Shown piece by piece: positions 38,201-50,580 of a stretch of 64,000 nucleotides of DNA. Position numbers and translations under genes: made by a program. The stretch lies in contig JAYWIR010000026.1 in NCBI GenBank assembly GCA_036172245.1, positions 1,798,001 through 1,862,000 on the forward strand. The letters run 5' to 3'. The notes beneath the pieces are model-generated. The model made no database searches, was not told where the DNA came from, and was given only the letters and a program-made list of their open reading frames with translations. The stretch is from Raillietiella orientalis (taxonomy: Eukaryota). The number at the start of each line of letters is the position of its first letter. Position 1 is the first letter of the stretch.

Positions 38201-41200
38201 GTCAACACACAACTTCCTTATACAAAAAAGTACATTTATAAAAATAAAAAATAATATTATTCTGACTCAAAAGTACTTTTTGAAATAAAATGAAAAATGG
38301 AAAATGTGACAGTTATTTCACCAAAATGAGTATCAGAAAGTTTCAAGAATGAATCAACTTGCTCATTATTTCCTCCTAATTTTCCTCCTAATAACAACAC
38401 AGATTAACATTGCTGCTGACATCATTTTCCAAATCACCCATTTGTATCTCGAGAAAAAGGAGCATGCATGCGTTTTTACTTACTACCAAACCACTTAAGA
38501 ATTAAGTAAACTAATGTAACATGAAGTATCTGTGCACATAGAATGAAGAATTAAAAAACTGCTTACGTTTGGATTTTGCATCTGCAGAGGATGGAGCTTG
38601 AGACATATCTTTCAGGAACCATGGTTTCTCTGGCTTGACTGGTTTCGATTTTCTGAGAAGGAAGTTGTCTTTATTAACACAAAACCACAAAGTACTCTTA
38701 AACACTTCTGGGATAAGCAATAATTGCCCTACAGCATAAAACCTGCTACTTTGCAATAATGAAACATATAGATGATATAAAAAGGAAAATAGGTGTTGTT
38801 ACTGGATTTACCAAATTAAAGTTCCTGAAACTCGCAAAAACTACTTGAATTTAGTGACATCTTTTGTTTTCAAAAACGTAAGTCTAGGTTTTAAATACTA
38901 CAATAAGGCTCTAGAAAAGAAAAAAATGGATGACTGATGCTGGAATTGCTAAAAAAAATAACTTTGCACTCTGTAATTAACTTATTAAATATTTATACTT
39001 TGGTTTGTAGTGCAATCTCAATGTAAATTCACAGAATCAATAACATCACAATAGGAAACAAAATGACCATCAATTCAAAACTTTTATTGGAAATACAATG
39101 GAATGCAAGAACATGGAAACATACACATCCAATTCATTCATATATGTAAGAGTTAGTATACAGAATCCTAAACTGAGTTTAAAGTAAACAGATATATCAC
39201 TAATGCATCACATAAATTTTAATTTTTATCACGGGTACAAACATATTTCATATACAAAGTTATTCTGAAAATTCTGTTTCTGGTGTAAGTTAAGGCCTTT
39301 AAGTTATTCTGGAACTCTGCTAATTCCAAAAGTCATGATTGTTGACACTCCAATTATGGAAGACCTCAAAACTGTTTTTCATCTTTGCATTCCTACATAC
39401 TCTGCTCATGAAAACACTGACCTTAATAAGTAAGAAAATCATGATGTAAAAAATAATTCTAGGAGACTGTTGCAAACTAATCATCTTTGCATGCTTGAAG
39501 AAACTGCTGTATGGATTAGTTGATGATTAAAACCACTACCATCAAGATTTAATCAAATAAATACAGATCTCCGAAAGGAGTAGCTAACCTATCCATTTCT
39601 ATAGTATAATCTACAGCATTATACAGATCTCTGTTATCTCAATCATCAACAAAACATAAAACAATAAACCATACCTGAAGATGACAAAAAAAAAATTTGT
39701 TTTAGATAATTAAACCCAATCATATAACTGTGGAAGTTTCCTAATTTGAATCAATATTTTTTATTTCAATATACCAACATAGTAGTCGTTATTATAACTG
39801 ATTATATGTACTTTCTGTTACAGTGCACTAGGTGACACTAAAATAAATCTGTGTACACAAGTGCATTAAATTACTCAAAATGGATCTAAAAAAATTACAG
39901 CACAAAAACTACATAGTAATGGATCTCCTAAAGTGAAAAAGAATAAGGCAAGCTATAAAAAACAGGGACATTGATTCATGTCTCCATATAAAAGAATCAA
40001 CAAATTGCACTAAATGCTTGCAAAGAAACAGAACTTACAAGTTAATCATTCATGCATCACCAAATGTGGAATCTAAAGAAACCTTCAGTTTATTAAATTG
40101 TTTCAAACAAGACAAATTTTCGGAATTATACTGTCAGTGATAGTGTTACCATGTAAAGATACAAACCTTCCAGAATCTTTGTTTACCTTTAAATTATTTG
40201 TTTGATTTCAGACATGTCAAATGCATTCCACAAAGTTAATCCATTTATCACTTTTTCATAGAGAAAAAAAGGCAGATTCGAGGGGAAAATTCACCAGTTT
40301 CTATGTCGTAATTATAAAATTCAAGTTACTTGTACTTTAATGAAGATACAATCATGTAACAGTACCTCCAACAAATGATAATTACTTACACAATAATATT
40401 TCAAGGTCATATTCAAAATACATATGTTCCATACATAATCACACATAAAACGTTAGGCAGAAGACCTCGAAATACTTTCCCGAAAATTATTTCTCAAAGT
40501 CATCTAAAGAACATCTAAAAGTATTTTTATGATAGTAAGGTATATTGAATTATGAACGAATTTTCTGTATCCTTTTCATCCATTAGCAAAGAGCCTAAAT
40601 TCATGATTCTTTCTGGGTTTTATTACCAATAACTCTACTTCATGATAAATTACACATCCTAAGTTACTCAAAATAAAGAGGAAACACAAGAAATCGCATA
40701 TAAGAAATTTTGAACGTTTACATGATTTTCAGCAGACTCAAATTCCAAAGTTTAAACAAACATAAAAAAACATTATAGGCATACAAAAACATCCTCAAGA
40801 TAGCCTAACTGAAAAATATCAAATATTATGACACGATTTCAACTCAAAATTACAAAGGAATAATGCAAATTAGGGATCCCATCAGTTCAAACTAGCTTAA
40901 TGAACACCATGAGCAAATCTGTGCATGTGCACTAACCAAAAAAATGCAAAACAGGGCATACAAAAAATCAAATGCACTTTTAAGGAATATTCTTGGTGGA
41001 GGAAATTATAAATTGCAAAAACAGTGTTTGGAAAATTTACACACATCACATTTTGAATTACATAAATGAAAAGCTGTTACCGTAAAAACAAAGATCCTTT
41101 TTCTGTAAGGTACAAATTGGCTTCATGAAAGCCATTTTTCTTTAAAACTTTATCAGAATTAATGTCAATATTTATCAATTCATTCATTCTGGAACATTTC

Positions 41201-42018
41201 TGATTTCCCGACAAGTTCAAACACACTGAATCTGTGACGCTAGTCCTCAGTGAATTAGTAAAATCATTTTTTACAGCAAATTTTTTTGATGGACTATCTC
41301 TGACTTGGGAAAAATGATTGATCCAATTTTTCTGTTTTTCAACTAACTGTGGATTTATTTTATTTAACTGTTCATTACTTTTGCTTGTGTTCTTATTCTC
41401 AGTATTCACAAAAGTACTTTCTTCATGATCCTTCAGTGAATTCAAAGAAACACTATTAATAAAATTATCACAGTTCAAACGTTCTGGGTGTTTACACATC
41501 ACAGAAACTGTAGGGTTACTAAAATGATTATTTTCAGTCTTTGAAATTTCAAACATACTACAATCAGGGAATTTTTTTCCTTTAGGAAGAACAGAATTAT
41601 TCACATCTGCTGACTCTTCCTGGAACATTAAATGTAGATTATTTTCTGACTTTGACTTGATATAACTATTACAAATGTCTTTACTACTACTGTTGGAAAT
41701 TTCTTTATTGCTGTGTGCACTTTTAATTCTGTTCTCAATATGAACAAAGGACTTCTTACTTTTATTATTTTCTTCCATTTTTTCAAATAACGCACGGGCA
41801 TTATGAAATCTTGCCAGCTGACTATTTGTACGCATTATATCAACGTTTCCACTACTTTTAGTTTTTTCTCCTTCTTTTGGCGCTGCTGGTTCAAACCCAA
41901 CATCTTTGCAAACATCACTGGTTTCATTTCTACTCTGAAATCTATTGGCTAATTCCGAGACTTTTTTACCACTGGTTTTTCTATTGTAATTTTTTGCATC
42001 GTTGTCTATTTTTCTCAT
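26217..42018 (-). CDS. PPP1R9A: Neurabin/spinophilin (PP1 regulatory subunit 9 family; PDZ and coiled-coil scaffold), multi-exon, 3' end unresolved
   Basis: GT-AG exons with compatible phases: 41081-42018, 38567-38652, 36830-37021, 36480-36758, 35836-36057, 35125-35207, 33945-34096, 33318-33468, 33109-33261, 30571-30703, 30019-30146, 29648-29815, 29265-29453, 29091-29144, 26669-26836, (26476-26625 uncertain) and 26217-26369. Diagnostic motifs: [57 protein letters not shown] and [28 protein letters not shown]. The symbol is family-level (invertebrate Spn, co-orthologue of PPP1R9A/B). Confidence 0.93.
26669..26836 (-). CDS. PPP1R9A: Neurabin/spinophilin coiled-coil exon
   Basis: [56 protein letters not shown]; tgtag acceptor and gtaag donor; 168 nt. 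Confidence 0.8.
29648..30703 (-). CDS. PPP1R9A: Neurabin/spinophilin PP1-binding/PDZ exons (30571-30703, 30019-30146, 29648-29815)
   Basis: [35 protein letters not shown]...[82 protein letters not shown]. Confidence 0.97.
33109..33261 (-). CDS. PPP1R9A: Neurabin/spinophilin exon with PP1-binding RVxF motif
   Basis: [14 protein letters not shown]...[14 protein letters not shown]; cag acceptor and gtatat donor; 153 nt. Confidence 0.9.
41081..42018 (-). CDS. PPP1R9A: Neurabin/spinophilin first coding exon (N-terminal region)
   Basis: Long open frame in AT-rich DNA (313-aa ORF in the track) with an in-frame stop upstream of the ATG. Contains [10 protein letters not shown] and [19 protein letters not shown]. 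Phase-2 donor CG|gtaac matches the next exon. Confidence 0.85.
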
Positions 42019-45000
42019 TTTTTTCAGATTCTAGCTCCTGTATCAACATATATAAATTTCACTTAATGAAAATCCTAATGCCTTAATGATATTCATCTGG
42101 AAGTGATTTTGTTTAATAGCGAATATATACAAACCAGGAACATTTATATACATTAATATATTAATGGATGCCAATTAATTGCCCCGTTCTGAATTCCCAA
42201 ACTCTGTTCAATGGACTAAATGATTTGCTTTCGAAACTGAACCACCCTTACAAGATACCCAAACGTAACAGGCAACCACGGAGCAGCAGCAACACTGAAA
42301 AATCTGTAATTAGAGGTAACCATGAATTACCAGTATAGTATAAATTGCATTTTTCTGTTAACTGCAATTTTAAATAAATACAAAAGAATACTTTCATATA
42401 TCAATTAAAGGAACAATTTTGCTAAAATTACAATAATTAATATTACTTATATCAAATGCATTTGTTACTCTATTTTGCGGATACCAACATTCTCATCTTA
42501 ATCCATTGTCTTATTATTAGAATTTACTATCATCAATGAAACCTAAATTAATTTGTTTCTGGCTGTGTCAAAGATTACTTGATGAAAATATTGTACAATT
42601 ATTCACTGAACTCAGTGTGAGCTTTCATATGCCAATTACACATTTTTATTTCTAATGACGGTGAATTCCTTTCTATTTACTTGAATTACTATACCGTTTT
42701 CTATCTTCTAATCAATTCACAGCCAACGCCCCCATGTTTGTGTAGTGAAAGTTTTGGCCTTTTCCTGTGGAAAAGTCTTCTTGTTCCTCGTTGTGTAGAG
42801 GAATATGATTTAGGAATTTACTTTCATTGCTTAACACCTTTATGAAATTTATGAAACAATTGTAAATTCTGATCTTTAAAAAGGAGATAACGATGGTGAT
42901 AACAAAAACCGTTTGATTTTTTGGAAGATAATATATAACTATAGTTTGAGTATAAGACTCAAATTTGTTCTCCAAGAATATAAGGAAATTGCTAAAAAAA
43001 ATAAAATAAAATACAAAGTATGAATGGAAATACCGCATTTTCAGTTGCTAATAAAACAGTTGCTTTTATTTTACATCAAAGTAAATGAAAGAACAGCTAA
43101 ACAATTGTTTTCACATATTTCTATTAATTTTTTGCATTTATGCTATTGTATTCGATTCTATTCCAGAAAACTAATGGGCATATAATTTATCTTCTCTAGC
43201 CAAAGTTGATTTTCGTGTGGTCAAGTTTGTTATTTTCATTCTCTTTTTTATCTGAAATTTTCTCTCTCTAATGTTCTCAGATATAGCAAATTTTGCGTCC
43301 GTGAAATTTCTCATTGCCTCTTGACCAAAGATAAGCAGATCCATTGATTCTGCATAGACTGGAAAAATTTAGTAAAAAAACAAAAATTTAGTAAATTTTC
43401 TGCAACAAAATTTGGTTTTGTTAAAAATGTTTCAGTAAAATTGGAATAACTTGATTTTAGGGGCTCTGCAGGCCGAAATAAGCTGGGTTTTGCGCTCCTC
43501 GTCCTAAGATGTTACACCTTCTCCAAAGGATGTTATCGAAAATAAAGAAGTTAAGAGTTATCATGATGTATCTGAGTGAAGATTTTTTATGTCTATAAAT
43601 AAGAGCTAAATTCTTACTTCATGTTTTGATAAATTGTTATAAAATTACCTGCAATGCTACTTAGCATAGACCAAACATCAGCTGAAGTTTTATTTCACGA
43701 AATGAAGTGATAGTTTGAAAAACAACCACTTCATTTTGCAGCGCATCAACTGAAGTCCTAGGAATTTATAACTTTGAAATAATCTACCTTTAAAACCATG
43801 TTGCTATGACAATATCAATGCTGAAATGATAAATGAAATTGTTCATTCAGCTACATATAACAGCTTCCTCTCGTTCCTTCAAATCTGCAAATTTGCAGTC
43901 ACTAAATTTGATTGTTCGAGCTCTAAATTTCTTGCTGAATCTTCAAGTCATACTGTAATCTTCAGTCTGGGAAAACAGAAGGCTCCTCAATTAGATTGGA
44001 CAAGTATGGTAATTTGTAAACTTCAAGGCAGCAATATTTCAAAGCAATTTTCAAAAGCATTAATTATTTTAAATCATATTTAACGTAGTACTTTTAATTG
44101 AAGGTTGGTTTACTTCAAAAAAAAAAAAAACACATACACACCAAGTTTGAGAAACAGTTATTTCATTGTTTTATATGGTGCAAAAATTTATTTCGAGATC
44201 AATAAACATTTACATTATATCTTTGGTATTCATCCTTTACGTTGAGTTTTGAAATTGCAGCACGGCTGAATAGAAGGTAATATTCACATTCTACTAGTTC
44301 ATATCAAACATATGATGTATCATCTGGATATCATTCACACTTTTATACTTATGATGTAACTCTATAAATGTTTTGTTTACTGATTTAATGAGAATTAATA
44401 AAAAATAAATGATTTATATTCATAAAATAAAATATAATCTCAATAAAGTTTTTTTGTATCAACAGTTCACATATCGACAAATAATTTAAAAACTGAGAGG
44501 ACATAGTAAAATTGGATCATTCGAAATTCATCTTTCGATTTTCAAAAAAAAGAGATAAATAATTAAATCAATTGATAATTTAAATCCGCGATTGGTGATA
44601 CCTAACCAAAAAATATACGATGTGCATGGGGGTAGGCCCTACCGTGAAAAATATGAGCATGCAGCATTGCATGCAGTATGGAAAACTCTCGTTGGAAACG
44701 AAGCTTCACACGAAAATGTTTTCCTCAATTTTTTCAAAAAACTGAAGATAAGATCGTTTATCAGGTTCATGTTAACTAAATATTCATAGGATTGCTGAAA
44801 GATATAAAAATACGCTGCCGCGTAACTGCAGTCGCTACTTGGATGACTCTTGCATAAAGTGAAAGAATGCATCTATGCCCGACAGAATGATCGTGTAGAA
44901 TAATTCGAATGCAAAATGTAACCTGGCAGCACCGTTCGAACTGTGACGAATTGCATTATGGTTCTGCTGGAAAAGTAATCCCGAAATATGGAAGTAGAAA

Positions 45001-45649
45001 ACTCAAGTCTTTGATTCTTTTAGGCGATGAGCTAAATTTTGTTGTTGTTATCGTATTGCTTTCCGATGACACGATCAAGCAAATTACCATTTGCTCTTAT
45101 AAATGAAAGTTTCGAGTCAGTTTTGGAACTTTAGATTAATGAATGTTTGATGCGTCATGATTTTCAGGTTCATCTTGAAGTTTGGCAAGTCGGATGTTTT
45201 TCTTTTACTTCCTGAGGAAATTTCTATTACGAATCGTTTTATTTCGCATCTGAGACCAAAGAATTCCTTCTTTCTCTTGTTCATGTACTCCACTGTAGTC
45301 ATTTCCTTAAATGAGCTCAAAATCTCACATTGTCGCAGAGCCTAAAATCTTGCTCGTCATTCCCTGGCAACGAATGGTTGCATAGTGACTGGACCACGAA
45401 ATTGCAGCATCGGCGGAATAGGCCTCCCTGTTTTTGGACTCCCGAGGAATGCCTCGGCGACAATCTGGCTTGGGTTCGTCTCCATGGGAACTTGTCAAAC
45501 AGATTTTCGCCAAAGCAACAGTAGGAAAATACTGGACTGTGTCCATGGAAAGCAGTGGATACCAAAGGAATTTTCCTCCCTGGCTGGGTGCGCTAACAAC
45601 GGCTGGGAATAGTTAGTAACGGACATCGTCCACCTATAATGTCAGGCAG

Positions 45650-46650
45650 TCAGTAAACGAACGCGTTGATGTACAAGAAGTGAGGCCAACGACCACTTGT
45701 ACGCTGGTGAATCGGTGTTTCGGTATATCCAATCCACCATGAGCAGGGACTTTCCTGTTTCCAACGCATTTTTCTTGCAGCTGTCAACCTGTTCCAAACG
45801 AACCAGAATCTCGCAGCACAGGATTTATCCCAAAGGCGTTCGGTGGCGGGAGCACCTCCCAGGGATGAAGGAATTTCAAGTGCGAAAGCATCGGCGGAAA
45901 GTGGAACAAACCCGGCAGAGAGACAGCAGGAGCGTTTGAATGCTGGGACGGCAAGAAGCGAGGCTAAGCGGGCGTCTGAGATAGAAGCGTCCAAGATGGC
46001 ACCCGGAGATTCCAAGTGCGATGCGCGCGCTTGAGCAAGAAGAGCCTGCGCACGACTCAAGGCCGAGGCGTGGACATCCCTCGTGTCAAAGCACCCTGGT
46101 CAAGAAAAGACCACGTTGGGCGGCATGGGGCTTTGGGGCATTGTCTATTCGGCGAGAACACCATCGGTTTGCAGAGGATTAGGAAGCGGCGAAGACTCTC
46201 CACGTCACATCTTCAGGAGGTGCATCAGCAACGCAACGATGACTACGAGGAGGCACGACGAGCTGGTGACCCAGATCGAAAAGACCACTCTGGCATTCAT
46301 TAGCTGCCAACCAAACTGTTCCGTGAGCAGACTGCAAACTAAAACCTGACCCACTGCTTCAGGACAAAGGGGATGCGGTCACACTGGACGTTGCCTGACC
46401 TCACGGGCGTTGGAAGAAACAAGACAGAAGGAGAGCGAGCATCGAAGACTGGCTTGCCTCTAAATGAATGTCCACTGTTACTGGAGCGATCGCTGTAGGA
46501 TTCCTGGAATCGAATTCCTGGGTCGCAACCCAGGGAACGGTGAAGTGCTGAGGGGATCAGAAATTCTCAAGAAGCAGGAGGAGGAGCACAACCAGAAAGG
46601 AGAACTGTGCTCAAACATGCAACACCGGATGGGTCACCGACCTTAATGTG
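45650..46650 (+). mobile_element. Decayed R2-like (restriction-like endonuclease) non-LTR retrotransposon 3' portion
   Basis: TQGRGV; zinc-knuckle remnant CRGLGSGEDSPRHIFRRC followed by TRRHDELV (~46167-46270); then, after a frameshift, LKPDPLLQDKGDAVTLDVA (PD..D catalytic motif, ~46340-46395). Stops and frameshifts are present; boundaries are approximate. Confidence 0.72.
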
Positions 46651-49437
46651 AGAACCTCCAGCAGCCTCGAGGAATTGACAAGAGGAAATAAGCGAAGCCC
46701 CCTCCCCCCTCCCTTTATAGGTTTATATCCCCTTTTTAACAGCATGGTATGCACAGAATTTGTGTCAATCCGCGATGATTTGGGGAATGGAATAAGACTT
46801 GTTTCAAACATTCTAATGGAAGAAGCAACTGGAGTCTCCATTCACGCTGAGTACATTAACTCTTTATACCGAAAGATTTCCACTGAGGAAGTAGAAGAAT
46901 GAAGCAATCGGGATCAAGACAGAAGACATTTATTTACTGTCCGGAAGTCATCCTCTGATTCTCAGAGCGGAAGTCGAAAGTTAACAACGAACTGAACTGG
47001 GCTGTAGATCTCTCTGTACAAAGAGTTGGATGTTCGGTGTCGTGTGAGCCCTGTAAACTGCGTGCTGATAACACGATGGTGTGATAAAAGTTATAAAATG
47101 TACCTTGAAAGAATAGCATTTGTGATTTCACATTAAAAAAAAAAACACCAAAGGTGCTTTTTTATCATGTAAAGTAAAAAGAAAAGCTTTTGAGTTTTTG
47201 TTGATGCCTAATCAATTGAAACAATTCTATAATTTTTCAGCTCTATCGTTCTTGTTGAAAAACGCACCTTCTTCGGCTGTTTTATCCACGAGAATTTGAA
47301 TGGAATAGAATTCGGTGCGCTTAATTCATGCTCTTTTCCCTTTTAGAAACAGCTGAAGCCACAGCGCAGTCCCACCACAGAATTAAAACTCTTCCACGGC
47401 GTCCGTCGGGACTGATTTTCAGGAGCTACACGGGGACTGTGGCCATTTTTTCTTTCTTCTCCTTCCCCTCCCTTCGTCGCGTTATGCAAGTCCACTTATT
47501 CGTGGATCCACTGCATTTTCCTATAAAGGAATTGTGAGTTCATGATGGAGGGTTTACCAAAGAAAACATATACTTTGTCAAGTTCACGTAATTGAAATTA
47601 AAGAATCCTAAACGAAGATAATCCGATCCATTTCAACGGATTCGAATTGAAGTACGTAGGAGAAATTGGTCACAGTCCAGCTTTTAGCACGGTCCAGGGT
47701 ACCATATTACAGAACGCTAGATGACACCATAAATATTTGGCTTTACAAGGAAATATTTATAACTCCACTCAATTTAATCAGAATCTTTCATGACGGATAA
47801 CGCCGATGTCAAACGATTTTACCGAGGTCTTAATCTAAACGAAAATCAATTGCTGCAACTTTCAGCTGTCCAAGAGAGGATCCTTCTCGGAGGGTGGCTG
47901 GAGTTCGGCCAAGAGTTCTTGTTGAGAATCACTTGCGAAGGAGGCGAGACGATCCCGGAAATCCTTATCACCTCACAGTAGAAGGAACGTGGGAATCACG
48001 ACAGCCATGGCCCTGAACTTGCGAATGGAAACCTTTTGCTTCCATTTTTATTATTCCATCAAAATTCTCCTCAATAGGCACGAGACTAGCAGAATAAAAG
48101 ATATCATCCTTGTGGATTGTCACTTTCGGATGAAAAATGTATCCCGTGGCATCTCCTGATGTAGTGTGCTCTGCCTACAGCCTTGGCAGGAGTCATTTCT
48201 GTCTTTCAGACTCCACCCTTAAACTACTTTGCAGGTGTGCGTAACCTTTTTCTCAGTTGGAGCGTAAACAAGGCGTTTGAGGCGTTTTTCCTTAGGGAGC
48301 TGAATCCTGACCCCCAAACAAGCTGAACGCCGCGTGTCTTTCTTCCTCCTCCCTTTCTTTCCAGAGCCAAGCTTACATTTCCAGAACTATCACCCCTCAA
48401 GGCAAAGAAACACACTGCAATACAAATTTCTGATAGGCAGTCAGTCGCATCATCGAACAGATCGCATAAGGCGAAGCGCCACAGAATCTCTTCCGCGGAA
48501 GGCCTCAGGACTGCAGTATTTGAAGAACCTGTTCCTCGAGTGGACCAGTGAGGACGCCTCTGCGAACCAAATGATTTTCAAGCGGGGCAAACATCGCTGC
48601 ACCACCACGCGGCTCTGCAAATCACGGGGGTTTCAGTGGGGGCTGACTGGGGATTCCGTCCCACGCCCTTACTCCGGCGGCGGGATCGCATAGGAATCAG
48701 GCAGCGGCGCAGGGAGAAGACATTCTTTATTTGATGTAGCGTGCCAAGTCCACCGAGTGCCCGCAGAATCCAAGTGCTCTCTGTTTAAATCATCACGAAA
48801 TGAGAACGGAGTGGCCACGTCCCATCCAAAGAATCACCAGAGTTCATCTCGGAAAACCGTAGGCGTAAAGCGTGAGGTTCCGGATGACAGCGGAATCATT
48901 TCAGCTCCATGATCGCAGACAAAACAATCATTTCCCATTCCAGAGGCTCACTGCCCAAACCCTTTTTTTTTTTTTTTTTTCTCCCCTCTTCCTTTGGAGC
49001 TCCTGGATTTGCCAAAGACTGACGAAAAAGAAAAAAAAAAAGGAAAAAGAAAAAAAAAAAGAAATGACGCAGCCTGTAGAAAAGACGAAATGGAATCCAT
49101 CGTTCCAAGCTGGAGTCTTTTGGAATTGGATTTGGACACGCACAAGACAACAACATGCCTGCGAAGAATCTTCTCTGGTACAAGACACCCTAGAATTCCT
49201 GGATCTTGCTGCAATGAAAAAAACAAAACAAAACAATAAGAGGAGAATGCATTTTCCTTTTTCCCGCCTTCCACCGTCAAGTCTGCGCTTACAAGACTCA
49301 TCTAAGTTCACTCATTTGAGTCCCGATGGAATATCCTCTCTTCCTGTTTGACGACTATTGAAATTACGAATTACGAAACGCAAGTCTGCGTAATTTTTCC
49401 CCTTCCCCCCAAATCGTAAGGAGCCGCGTTGGCGGCC

Positions 49438-49939
49438 TGTGACTGGGATCGAATCCCCACGCGGAGGATCGACGCTGAGGAACGAATGCGTCGTGGGCTT
49501 CGAGTTTCACTCACAGCATGAACGCTGCTCGACCTGTAGGTCGACCAGGGTGCAGCGGCACTGGTGGGAAGCCGGGAACCTCCATCCGGGGGTTCTCGGC
49601 TTCCCACCAGTGGCCAGGATTGGAAGCTGACCGTCCGGGGTCCTTCCAGGAGGGAACAAGCGGTTGGTTCCCTTCGGGGTTACCTTCCGGTTGTGGAATC
49701 CGATGAAGCCGTCCCCTTCTTCCTTCAGGTGGAACCCTCCATCGCATACCATGGAGTTATGGGGATTCCTCTGGAGATGAAATTCCACAAGGAAGAGGTT
49801 CCCTTCGCTTCTACCAAGCGTAAGAGGAAAGGATTCTTTGCTCCTAAGATTCCTTTCATGAGCACTCCTGGATTCACAGGGTGATCCCCTCCCGGGTCAC
49901 CCTCTAGCTTGAAGAGTACACATGCACTCTCGGGTGACA
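49438..49939 (-). repeat. LTR (3' LTR position), TGT...ACA termini
   Basis: Plus strand begins tgtgac and ends gtgaca. Shares blocks with 53631-54394: tgcgtcgt.gg.t.cgagttt, gggtccttccagg and cctggattca...ccctcccggg..ccctcta..tgaaga. No clear target-site duplication. Confidence 0.65.
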
Positions 49940-50434
49940 TAGAACAGTGGCAAAGAGGTTCGTGACCCTTTCTGAAGCCACAGAGTCCCTTGGGCAAGGA
50001 TGCCGAGCATACGAGAGTTTTTTCCGAAATCAGAGCTAACCTCCTCTCAGGGAGGCTCCCTGATGTGAACCTACCACCTCACACGTTGGAAAGTGAACCA
50101 GAAAAGGTCAAGAACAAACGGTCGCACGACTTCCGCTCATACAAAAGGGTCTTTGATAAGAAGCGTCTGTTTCTCTCGTGAAACTTTCCCCGTTATGGGA
50201 ACGAAGTATGGTGTTACGAATCCTTAGATAACAGGTGCCAAACAGTGGTGGCGGGAAGAGAAAATTTGGACCATGAACACCAGAAATTTAATTCTGTACA
50301 CGAAGATTTTCCTTCATGGAAGCGAAAAAGAAAGCTGCCTTCCCCCTCAGTTCGTAGCAGCAACGAAACTGCGCGCCGAGGAAAGTTTTGCCACGGTACA
50401 CGGAGTACACGAACGAATGTTGCTGTCGAAGTAT

Positions 50435-50580
50435 GCATGTGGTTTGCAGACACGGCGGAACCTCGGGGCTGAGGATCACCGTATCGTGTGCGCGAGGCAT
50501 GTGGTTGGGAGCAGCACAGCTGCCACAGCAGCCACGGCGAAACCTCGGGGTTGAGCATCACCGTATCGTCTGCGCGAGCA
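50435..50580. repeat. Imperfect tandem duplication (2 copies)
   Basis: gcatgtggtt...cacggcg(g/a)aacctcgggg(c/t)tgag(g/c)atcaccgtatcgt(g/c)tgcgcgag occurs twice. Confidence 0.85.

Noticed and set aside
48900..49260. Lys/Phe-rich ORFs on both strands
   Set aside because: Produced by poly(A)/poly(T) runs, not coding sequence.
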